Shown here in pieces: positions 54,450 through 64,000 of a DNA stretch of 64,000 nucleotides (position 1 is its first letter; each line of letters starts with the position of its first letter). The position numbers and the translations under genes are program-made. Under the pieces are notes generated by a model. That model saw nothing but the letters and a program-made list of their open reading frames with translations, was not told the origin of the DNA and did not search any database. The stretch is from an uncultured Candidatus Rokubacteria bacterium. GTDB taxonomy: Bacteria > Methylomirabilota > Methylomirabilia > Rokubacteriales > CSP1-6. The DNA is taken from positions 266,996 through 330,995 of the forward strand of contig CAVXJS010000010.1 in NCBI GenBank assembly GCA_963762145.1, given 5' to 3'.

Positions 54450-56326
54450 TCAGCGGGTCGTTTCGGCGGCCACCTGGTCGAGCAGGCGGGCGAATGCCTC
54501 GACGGCGAGCTGGATGTCGTCGTTGGTGCTCGATTCGAGCGGGTTGTGGCTGATGCCGGCGTTCTCGCCGCGCACGAACAGCATGCCCTGCGGCATCACC
54601 TCGTGCAGCTTCATCGCGTCGTGGCCGGCGCCGCTCGGCATCCGGTGCGGCGGCAAGCCGGCCGCCTCGACCGCGCGGGCCCAGTGCTGCTGCCACTCGG
54701 CCGCACACGGCGCGGCGGCGGCGCGCATCGTCTCCTCGATCCGGTAGCTCAGGCCGCGCCGCTCGCAGATCGCTTGCAGCTCGCGCGAGCACGTCGTGCG
54801 CGCAGGCGTCGCGCACCGGGTCGGTCGTCGAGCGGATGTCGAGCGTGAACTGGCAGCGGCCCGGGATCACGTTGGTCGAGCCGTTCGGCACGTTCAGGAT
54901 GCCCATCGTGCCGACCACGTTCGGCTCGGCCGCCGCGCGCTCCTCGAGGTAGAGCGCGAGCTCGGCGACCGCGGTCGCGGCGTCGCGGCGGCGGTCCATC
55001 GGCGTCGTGCCGGCGTGGCTCGCCATGCCGATCACCTCGCCGGCATAGCGCACGCCGCCGTTGATCGACGTGACGACGCCGAGCGGCAGGTCGAGCTCGT
55101 TCAGGACCGGGCCCTGCTCGATGTGCAGCTCGACGAAGCCGAGGTACATCGAGGGGTCGCGGCGCAGCGACGCGATCGTCGTCGATGCGCAGGCCGGCCT
55201 GCTGCATCGCGTCGCGCATCGCGACGCCGTCGGCATCGAGCTGGTCGAGCCAGGCCGGGTCGAACTGGCCGACCAGCGCGCCCGAGCCGAGGAACGTCGC
55301 CTTGTAGCGCTGGCCTTCCTCCTCGGCGAAGCCGACGACCTCGAAGTCGTAACGGCAGGCGCCGGCCGGCGCGGTGCAGCTCGCGCACGCAGGCCATCGG
55401 CGCGAGGATGCCGAGGCGCCCGTCGTACTTGCCGCCGTTGCGCACGGTGTCGTAGTGGCTCCCCGTCAGCAGCCGCCGGCTGCTGACAGGGGCCACTTCG
55501 TGGTTGAACGGGCCCGACCCCTCCCGCTCCCGCCCCGTCCAGGGGAGGGCCTGACGCGTTCGGCAAGCGTGGTGTCGCTCCAGTAAACACCGACGACGTT
55601 GCCGACCGCATCGATCGAGACCTCGTCGAAGCCGCACTCGTCGCGCATCCAGGCGACCAGCTGCGCCGCGCAGGCGCGGTGCGCGTCGGTCAGGTAGGTG
55701 ACCGTCAGCTGTCCCAGCTCGGCATAGCCGGGGTCGGTGTGCCGGGCGAGCGATTCGGCCCAGTCCCAGACGAGGTTGCCGAGCTCCGGCGTCACGCCGA
55801 ACTTGTCGTCGAGGCGGATCTCGGCGATGCGGTGGATGTTGCGCAGGCACTCGGCGAGCTCGAAGTCGGGGTGGTTCGCGAGTCGGCGCTCGAAGGTCGC
55901 GATGATCTGCCGCGCGGCTCAGGCCGGCGCCGCGCGGGCCGCGCACCGCGAGGATGAACGGCCAGCCGAACTTGGCGTTGTAGTCGGCGTTGAGCCGCTG
56001 GATCCGCGCGAACTCGTCCGGCGTGCAGTCGGTCAGGCCGGCGCGGCCCTGCTCGTTGCGTCGACTCCGCGGTCAGGCTCTGGCTGACCATCGCCTTGCC
56101 GGCCAGCTCCGGGTGGGCGCGCACCAGCGCGATCTGCTTCTCGCGCCCGCTGCCGCGCACGACCTCGACGAGTGCACGCTTCAGCGCCGCGAGGCTCGCG
56201 AACGGCCGCGCGCCCGCGGCCTGCGCCGGCGATCCACGGCGAATGCTCGTAGGTGCCGTCGAGCAGCGCGGTGAACTCGTCGCGCGAGGCGGCGTTCAGT
56301 CGGTCGAGCGTCAGCACAGCGGGCAT
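54450..56326 (-). CDS. OHCU decarboxylase (UraD) fused to allantoate amidohydrolase (frameshifted)
   Basis: YEHSPWIA, HPELAG; GSHYDTVRNGGKYDG, ELHIEQGPVL, HAGTTPM, SGAGHDA, GISHNPLE. Confidence 0.9.
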
Positions 56327-56336
56327 CGAGAAAGCC

Positions 56337-57348
56337 TCAGAGGGTCACGCGGATCGTCTTGACCAGCGGCGCGAGCGCTCGCCACCTGGTCGCGCACGAA
56401 CGCGTTGAATTGCGCCGGCGTGCCCGGCGTGGCGGTCACGCCGAGCTCGAGCAGGCGCTGCCTGATCTCGGGCTGGGCGAGCACTTCGTTGACCGCGGTG
56501 TTCAGGCGTGCGACGAGGTCGGCCGGCATCTTGGCCGGGCCGGTCAGGCCGAAGAAGTTGTCGAGCACGAGCTTGCGGTAGCCGGCCTCGACGACGGTCG
56601 GCACGTCGGGCACGAGCGGCGAGCGCTGCGACGACGTCACGGCGAGCGGGCGGATCTGGCCGCTCTTGAAGTACGGCACGAACGCGGTCACGACGTCGAT
56701 GCCGACCGGGATCACGCCGGAGATCAGGTCGGTCGTCATCGGCGCGCCGCCGCGGTACGGCACGTGGCCCATCTTGATGCCCATCGTGCGCATCATCAGC
56801 TCGCCGTAGATGTGGCCGATCGAGGCCGGGCCGCCGGAGCCGAACTGCAGCTGGCCCGACTTGCGCGCGGCGTTCTCGAGGTCGACGATGGTGTTGATGC
56901 CGGTCGCCGGATTCGCCATCACGACGCACGGCGCCGAGCCGATCGCCGCGATGTGCGTGAAGTCGACGAGCGGGTCGTACGGCTGCTTCTCGAGCGCGAA
57001 CGGGCCGATCGAGATCGGCGTCGAGTTCGACAGCATCAGCGTGTAGCCGTCGGGCGCCGACTGGGCGACCGCGCTGCCGCCGACGCTGCCGCCGGCGCCC
57101 GGCCGGTTGTCGACGATCACCGCCTGGCCGAGCCGCTTGCCGAGCTGCTCGCCGACGACGCGGGCGACGATGTCGCTGGCGCCGCCGGCCGCAAACGTGA
57201 CGACGATCTTGATCGTCTTCTCGGGATAGGCCGCGAACGCCGGGAAGGCGAGGGCGGCCGCGCCGGCGCCGGCGAACTGGAGGCAGCGGCGGCGCGAGAC
57301 GCCGCTGCGGGCATGCGGTGCGGAAACGGGGGTGGCGAGCTTCGTCAT
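56337..57348 (-). CDS. Bug/TctC tripartite tricarboxylate transporter substrate-binding protein
   Basis: Tat-like signal, AGGASDIVAR, DNRPGAGG, PDGYTL, HVPYRGG. Confidence 0.92.
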
Positions 57349-57397
57349 GACGGATCCTTTCGGGAGATCGGGGGTGGAATACCCGTCGACGCAAAGC

Positions 57398-58344
57398 TCA
57401 GGCCAGCGCGGCCGCGGGGGCCGGGTGGACCTGCATCCAGTGGCGCGCGATGTCGATCCGGCGCGCGATCCAGACCCGGTCGTGCGCCTGCACGTGGTCG
57501 AGGAAGCGCTGCAGCGCGCGAAACCGCGCCGGGCCGGCCGAGCAGGCGGCAGTGCATGCCGATCGACAGCATCTTCGGCGGCCTCGGTCGCCTTCGGCGT
57601 ACAGCACGTCGAACGCGTCCTTCAGGTAGGCGAAGAAGTGGTCGCCGGTGTTGAAGCCCTGCGGCGACGCGAAGCGCATGTCGTTGGTGTCGAGCGTGTA
57701 CGGGCACGATCAGCCGCTGCAGCGTCGTGCCGTCGGACTTCTCGACCGGCATCCAGAACGGCAGGTCGTCGCCGTAGTAGTCGCTGTCGTACTCGTAGCC
57801 GCCGTGGTCGGCGACCAGGCGCTTGGTGTTCGGGCTGTCGCGGCCGGTGTACCAGCCGAGCGGCCAGGCGCCGCCGGTCAGCTCGCGGATGATCCGCGTG
57901 CCGGTCTCGATGTGCGCGCGCTCCTCGGCCTCGGCCATGTGCTGGTGGTGGATCCAGCGCCAGCCGTGGCAGGCGATCTCGTGGCCGAGGTCGACGAAGG
58001 CCTGCGTCAGCTCGGGATGGCGCTGCAGCGCCATCGAGACGCCGAACACCGTCAGCGGCAGGCCGCGCCGCTCGAACTCGCGCAGGATGCGCCAGGCGCC
58101 GGCGCGCGAGCCGTACTCGTACATCGACTCCATCGACAGGTGGCGCGCCGCGAAGGCCTGCGCGCCGACGATCTCGGACAGGAAGGTCTCCGACGCCGCA
58201 TCGCCGTGCAGCACGCAGTTCTCGCCGCCTTCCTCGTAGTTGAGCACGAACTGCAGCGCGATGCGGGCGCTGGCCGGGCCAGCGCGCATGCGGCGGGTTG
58301 CGGCCGTAGCCGATCAGGTCGCGCGGATAGTCGCGGGTCATCAT
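57398..58344 (-). CDS. puuE: Allantoinase PuuE (polysaccharide deacetylase fold), frameshifted
   Basis: YPRDLIGYG, NYEEGGENCVLHGD, YEYGSRAG, YGDDLPFW, MLSIGMHCRL. Confidence 0.93.
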
Positions 58345-58395
58345 GGCGCGGGTTCCGGCAGGTCGATGCGGCGAGCGAGCAGGCGGGCGCGGCTG

Positions 58396-59170
58396 TCATG
58401 GCGCGAGCACCGCTTCGAGGTCGTGGCGCGCGCGGGTCGAGGCGCAGGTTGCGCTCGACGTGGCGCAGGTGCTCTTCCATCAGCCGGACCGCCGCGCGCG
58501 CGTCGCGCTTCTCGAGCGCATCGACGATCGCGACATGCTCGGCGAACGAATGCTCGGCCGAGTGCGCCGACTGGTACATCAGCGCGATCAGCGACGAGCG
58601 CGAGACGAGGTCGGCGAGCATGCCGGCCAGCACCTCGTTGCCGAGCATGCGCGCCAGCACGACGTGGAAGTCGGCGAGCAGCCGCGTGCGGCCCGGGACG
58701 TCGGTGCGCCGGACCGCCGCCTCCTCGTCGCGCAGGTGCGCGCGCAGCTCGGCGATCTGCGCCTTGCTGAGCTCGGCGCGCGGCGCGCCGCACCATCGCC
58801 GCTTCGAGCAGGTGGCGCGCCTCGAACACCTGGCGCGCCTCCTCGACGCTCGGCTCGGCGACGCGCGCGCCGCGCGCCGGCTCGAGCGTGATCAGCTGGT
58901 CGCGGCTGAGCTGGTTCAGCGCCTGGCGCACCAGGGTGCGCGAGACCTTGAAGATGTCGGCGATCTTCTGCTCGGCGAGCTTGGTGCCGGGCATCAGGCG
59001 GCGCTCGACGATCGCCGACGGTGATCGAGTCGGCGATGCGCTGGGTCGAATTGGCGCCGCCGTCGCCGGCGCCGTTGCGGGCGGCCGCGGGCCGGCCGAG
59101 CGCGCCGGCGCGGCCGCGCCCGCCGGGTCGGCGTCTTGATCACCTGCAGTCGGGGCGCGGGTCGGGGCAT
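58396..59170 (-). CDS. GntR family regulator with FCD domain (frameshifted; ends approximate)
   Basis: PGTKLAEQKIADIFKVSRTLVRQAL; EHVAIVDAL..MEEHL. Confidence 0.88.
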
Positions 59171-59212
59171 GGAAGGAGCCGGATTCGCGAAACAGGCCTT
59201 GCCTTGTGCCGC

Positions 59213-59228
59213 AAAGTGTATACACTTT
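59213..59228. promoter_or_regulatory. Perfect 16-bp palindromic operator
   Basis: AAAGTGTATACACTTT between gntR and uraH. Confidence 0.8.
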
Positions 59229-59290
59229 TGACGGAACATCAAGCCATTATTTGGCGATGCCTTCCGCGCCGCCGCGCACAGGGAATCGAC

Positions 59291-59645
59291 ATGGGAACCT
59301 TGACGACGCACGTGCTCGACACGGCGAACGGCGTGCCGGCCGCCGGCATGGGCGCGAAGCTCTATCGGATCGGCAGCGACGGAGCGGCCAGCCTGCTGAA
59401 GGCGATGACGCTGACGCCGACGGCCGCGCCGACGGCCCGCTGCTGGCCGGCGACGAGTTCCAGCCGGGGCGCTATCGCTGGTGTTCGCGGTCGGCGACTA
59501 TTTCCGGCGCGGCGGCGCGGAGCTCGCCGAGCCGCCGTTCCTCGACGAGGTGCCGCTCGACTTCGGCCTGGCGTCGATGGGCCAGCACTACCACGTGCCG
59601 CTGCTGGCCAGCCCGTGGGCGTACTCGACCTACCGCGGCAGCTGA
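59291..59645 (+). CDS. uraH: 5-hydroxyisourate hydrolase (frameshifted)
   Basis: LTTHVLDTANG; HYHVPLLASPWAYSTYRGS. Confidence 0.93.
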
Positions 59646-59695
59646 GGCGCGCGAGCTCGAGCGGTGGTCGGGATTACCCGTATGCGATAAGCCGG

Positions 59696-59711
59696 AAAGT
59701 GTATACACTTT
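59696..59711. promoter_or_regulatory. Second identical palindromic operator
   Basis: AAAGTGTATACACTTT upstream of puuD. Confidence 0.8.
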
Positions 59712-59843
59712 ATCGGCGTCGCCGCGGAGCCCGGCGCTCGAGAAGCCGGTCGCGACGTTCCTGCCTTACAGAGCCCGCCGTGGTAAGGGATGGCACTGGC
59801 CGGCTTCTTGCTGAGCCGTGCGACCACACCGGGACCGAAGGCC

Positions 59844-61064
59844 ATGGATGCGTATCTCCTCGACTGGGTCAACCTGCTGCTGCGCTGGGCCCACGTCATC
59901 TCGGCGATCGCCTGGATCGGCTCGTCGTTCTACTTCGTCTTCCTCGACAACAGCCTGACGCCGCCGACCGACGCCGACCTGGTCGCGCAAGGGCGTCGAC
60001 GGCGAGCTCTGGGCGGTGCACGGCGGCGGCTTCTACCACCCGCAGAAGTACCTGGTCGCGCCGAAGCACGCTGCCCGAGCACCTGCACTGGTTCTACTGG
60101 GAGAGCTACTGGACCTGGCTGACCGGCTTCGCGCTGTTCACGGTGCTGTACCTGTTCAACGCCGGCACGTTCCTGATCGACAAGAACGTGTACGACTGGT
60201 CGCCGGCCGCCGCGATCGCCGCGTCGCTCGGCCTTCCTCGCCGTCGTTCTGGTTCGTCTACGACGCGATCTGCCGCATGCTTCGGCGCAGCGCGCGCGAC
60301 GGCGACCTGATCGTCGGCGTGCTGGTCTTCGTGTTCGTCGTCTTCGCGTCGTGGCTCGCCTGCCAGCTGTTCGCCGGCCGCGCCGCGTTCCTGCTGGTCG
60401 GCGCGATGCTGGCGACGACGATGAGCGCCAACGTGTTCTTCTGGATCATCCCCGGCCAGCGCAAGGTGATCGCGCAGATGAAGGCCGGGCCAGCCGGTCG
60501 ATCCGATCCACGGCCAGCGCGCCAAGCAGCGCAGCGTGCACAACACCTACTTCACGCTGCCGGTGCTGGTCGCGATGCTGTCCAACCACTACGGCTGGCT
60601 CTACCAGGCGCAAGCACAACTGGCTCGTGCTGGTGCTGCTGATGCTCGCCGGCGCGCTGATCCGCCACGTCTTCGTCGCGCGCCACAAGGCGCTGGTGCG
60701 CCGGCAAGCGCGTGCCGTGGGAGCACGCGGTCGTCGGCACGCTGGTCCTCGTCGGCGCTGGCGTTCTGGCTCGCGCCCGCGCCGACCGCAGCCGGCGCGG
60801 CCGTCGGCCGGCGCCACGCCGGTCACGCTTGGCCGAGGTCAAGGCGGTCGTCGACCAGCGCTGCGCGATGTGCCACAACGCAGCAGATGCAGCAGAAGAA
60901 CGTCGCGCTGCACACGCCCGAACTGATCAAGCAGCACGCGCAGGCCGTCTACCAGCAGGTCGGTCGTGCTGAAGCTGATGCCGCTCGAACAACGCGACCC
61001 AGATCACCGATGCCGAGCGCGCGCTGATCAAGCGCTGGTTCGAGGCCGGCGCCCCGAGCGCTGA
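59844..61064 (+). CDS. puuD: Membrane urate hydroxylase PuuD with cytochrome c domain (frameshifted)
   Basis: LRWAHVISAIAWIGSSFYF, VHGGGFY, SVHNTYFTLPV, MLSNHY, RCAMCH. Confidence 0.92.
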
Positions 61065-61303
61065 TCGACTTCAAGACCAACTGGCACAACCTCTACTTCG
61101 TCGCGATCTCGATCGGCGCCGGCATGATCCCGCTCGTCGCGCCGCGCTGGAGCCAGCAGATGCCGAAGGGCCTGCATCCGCTGCTCGAGTCGGGCATTCT
61201 GCTGACGGCGCTCGCCGCGTGCTGCTCAACCTCTATTTCAACGGCGCACGCGGCACGTCGGACGAGGCGGCCGAGCTCAGCCAAGCCGGCCGAAGCGCAC
61301 TGA
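61065..61303 (+). pseudogene. NCS2 xanthine/uric acid permease, C-terminal fragment only
   Basis: NLYFVAISIGAGMIPLVAP...LLESGILL..LLNLYFNG with no N-terminal portion. Confidence 0.65.
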
Positions 61304-61445
61304 GCGGGCGATCGCGCCGCGCCTGCATGACGCGAGCCGCGGCCTGTAGGGGGTCCTTCATCGGCCCACGATAGGTCGAGCGCCGAGTGCCTTGCATCGG
61401 GGCTCACCCGATGGCGGCGGGCTCGACTTCGACGCTGGCGCGCTG

Positions 61446-62070
61446 TCAATCCGGCTTGATCTTCGCCCGCGCGATCACCGGCTTCCAGCGCTGCCTGCTC
61501 GGCCGCGATGAAGCGCGCGAACTCGGCCGGCGTGCTGCCGACCGCGATCGCCGCGTCGGCCGCTCAGTCGCTCCAGCGCGGCCGGCTCCTTGCACCGCCT
61601 TGGCTGCCGCGGCGGCGAGCTTGTCGGCCGCCGGCGCGCGGCATCGGCCCGGCGCGAGCAGGCCGTACCACTGCGTCATCTCGAAGCCCGGGAAGCCCTG
61701 CTCGGCGACCGTCGGCACGTCGGGCAACTGCGCGATGCGCTGCGGCGTGCCGGTGGCGATGCAGCGCAGCTTGCCGGTCTTGATGAACTGCAGCACCGCC
61801 GGCGCGCCGACCGCCGCGGCGTCGAGCCGGCCGGCGAGCAGGTCGGTCAGCTGCGGCCCGGTGCCGCGGTACGGCACGTGCACCACGAAGATGTCGGTCG
61901 CCGCCTTCAGGTACTCGAACGCGAGGTGGCCGGCGCTGCCGTTGCCGGCCGAGCCGTAGTTCAGCGCGCCCGGCTTCGACTTCGCGAGCGCGACGAACTC
62001 CTTCATGTCCCGGGCCGGCAGGTCCGGCCGCACGACGTACAGGCTCGGCACCTTCGCGAGCAGCGAGAGC
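61446..62070 (-). CDS. Bug/TctC protein, C-terminal part (5' end lost at a junction)
   Basis: LNYGSAGNGSAGHL, HVPYRGTG, PDVPTVAE. Confidence 0.85.
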
Positions 62071-62273
62071 GTCGCGTCGACGCCCTCCTTCGCGAGCTGC
62101 TTTGCGGCCGGCAGGATCGCGTTCCAGGCGGCGTCGTAGCCTTCGGGTGTGAGCGCGCGCACACCCACGGCACGCGGAATGAACTTCACGCCCGGATACA
62201 TCACCGGGCCCTCTTCCGGCACCTTGTCGGTCGAGAACGGCACGACCAGGCCGATGGTGAGTGGCTTGCTCAT
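62071..62273 (-). CDS. Asp/Glu racemase/maleate isomerase-like N-terminal fragment
   Basis: TIGLVVPFSTD...AKQLAKEGVDA, abruptly joined to Bug sequence. Confidence 0.55.
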
Positions 62274-62302
62274 GGATGGCTTCCTCCGCGTTTGACGCAA
62301 TT

Positions 62303-63280
62303 TAGCTAATTTGATGCTGATGCCTATGCCCCTGATGACTTCGGTCCAGCGCGCGCCTCCTTGACGATATGCTCATGCGCCTGTTTCGGCGTGCTGGTCC
62401 GGGGCTGCATACCGAGCGAGGTGAAGTAGTTCTGCGCCTCCGGCGTCACCATGACACTGGCGAGCGCGCCATCGAGCCGTGGACGATCGGCTCCGGCATC
62501 TGCTGGGGCCGATCATGATCTGCCAGGTGTTCGCCTCGTAGCCGGCGACGCCAGCCTTGTCGAGCGTCGGCACCTCCGGCAGATTGCTGCTGCGGGTCGC
62601 GGTGGTGACGCCGAGCGCCTTGAGCTGGGCCGATTTGATCAGCGCCGCGGCAGGCCCCGCATCGGCAAAATAGACCGGTACGTGGCCCGCAACGACGTCG
62701 TTCAGCGCAGGCGCGCCACCGCGATACGGCACGTGCCGCATTTTGAGTCGGTCATCCTTCATGAACAGTTCGCAGAAGATGTGATGCACCGCGCCGACGC
62801 CCGCGGAGGCAAAACGCCAGCTCGCCCGGCTTGCTCCTGGCGAGCGCGACAAGTTCCTTCACGGAACTCACGCCGAGCGACGGGTTGACCACCAGCACGA
62901 ACGGTACACTGGCGAAGAAACATCACCGGCGCGAAATCCTTGACCGGATCGTAGGCGAGCCTGTCGTAGAGCCCGGGCGCCGCCGCGAAGGTCGATGCGG
63001 TGCCGACCATCAGAGTGTAGCCGTCGGGGTCCGAGCGGGCGACGGCGGTTGCGGCTCAGCGTGGTGCCTGCCCCTGCCCGGTTTTCGACGATGAACGGCT
63101 GGCCGAGCCGCCGCTCCATGCCTTTGGAGATGAAGCGTGTCAGCGCATCGGTGCCGCCGCCGGCCAGAAACGGCACGACGACTTTGACGGGGCGATTGGG
63201 ATAGTCCTGCGCTGAGGCAACGCTTCCCCCGAGCAGACCCGAAACCGCGACAATGGCGGCACAGATAGCGGCCCGTAATC
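62303..63280 (-). CDS. Bug/TctC protein (frameshifted; ends approximate)
   Basis: QDYPNRPV, AGGGTDAL, ENRAGAG, HVPYRGGAPALND. Confidence 0.85.
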
Positions 63281-63499
63281 CCCACGCCTCCCTCCGTCGT
63301 GCCCACGCATCGTGGGCACCTGTTCTTTTCAGGAGAGCTTAAAGACATGGGTGGCCGGAACAAGCCTGACAGCGGCTTTGCGACGACCTATCGCTGCTTT
63401 TCCTCGCAGCGCTTTCTCGCGTTGCTGAGTGGGAAATCGCATTCCTGCGGTTGAGCCGGGCCCGTTGCCGCCGACGGCAGTGCTGGAGCGATCTGTGGC

Positions 63500-64000
63500 T
63501 CATACTGTTGCAAGTTTATCGATGAGGCGAAGCGGATAATTGGCCTCAAGATGGCCGGCGAGCCGACGACCAGAACGGACAGGCCAGCCGTGCTTTGCGG
63601 CGATCGCGACGACGACTTCGCGATCGGGGGGATTTCCTGGCTTGCGAGCGTCAGTGTGCTGGACCCGGCCGCTCAATCCGAAAAACGCTGATCGGGCTGG
63701 ACGCCCCGAGGCGCCGGAGCTGAAGATCGGAGTGCACGCCCGGAACGATCCGGAGCGCCTGGGCGACATTGTCAGGATGAAGCAGAGCTTCCGCATCCTG
63801 CATGTCCGGATCGCCAAGCTCCAGTCGGTAAAACGCGCCGAGCCCCTGTTCACCGAGGCATTTTTCGCAGTCCGCGGACCGCACGCCTTCGAGCCAGAGG
63901 AGGAACATCCATTGACCGCTCTGGTCGACGAGCCGCGCGCCGCGCGGCGTCGTGCCGTCCAGCCATTCCGCGGACTTGGCATTCGGGCCGTAACTGCTCG
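63500..64000 (-). CDS. Hypothetical protein, partial and probably frameshifted
   Basis: Overlapping minus-strand ORFs; no recognised motif. Confidence 0.25.
   Translation of the reverse strand, partial: RAVTARMPSPRNGWTARRRAARGSSTRAVNGCSSSGSKACGPRTAKNASVNRGSARFTDWSLAIRTCRMRKLCFILTMSPRRSGSFRACTPIFSSGASGRPARSAFFGLSGRVQHTDARKPGNPPDREVVVAIAAKHGWPVRSGRRLAGHLEANYPLRLIDKLATV

Noticed and set aside
61446-62300. Racemase-Bug fusion protein
   Set aside because: In-frame join at an apparent assembly junction; both parts are truncated

Overview
High-GC window that looks like at least four joined segments, with many single-base indels typical of long-read or metagenomic consensus. (A) 1-~48407 is a core chromosomal segment (Rokubacteria/Methylomirabilota-like, inferred): dnaG, mutS2, pth-rplY-prs-tRNA-Gln-ispE, rlmD, peptide ABC permeases, a His-rich Gld-type ABC/HupE cluster, an MrfAB-like helicase/exonuclease pair, an Fe3+ ABC system with a DtxR-like box, CIRCE-groESL, rpsF-ssb-rpsR-rplI-dnaB, a sigma54 activator with a downstream 57-aa Cys-rich ORF and isocitrate lyase, a RAPP-ending leader ORF before tatA, and tandem KimA-like K+ transporters. 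(B) ~48408-53812 (Planctomycetes-like, inferred) holds an RNA ligase fragment, two RlaP-like nucleotidyltransferases, an MBOAT protein, a HEAT-repeat gene and the first 8 genes of a tRNA array behind a promoter/leader-ORF/terminator arrangement. (C) ~53813-62070 is a proteobacterial purine/urate catabolism cluster. (D) ~62071-64000 is a further fragment with a Bug/TctC gene. Best candidates for undescribed biology: the leaderless RR-signal/RAPP arrest-peptide ORF coupled to tatA, the attenuator-like tRNA array next to RNA-repair genes, the sigma54-driven zinc-finger microprotein, and an AUU-initiated rpsR. All calls rest on motif recognition by eye; no database searches were run.
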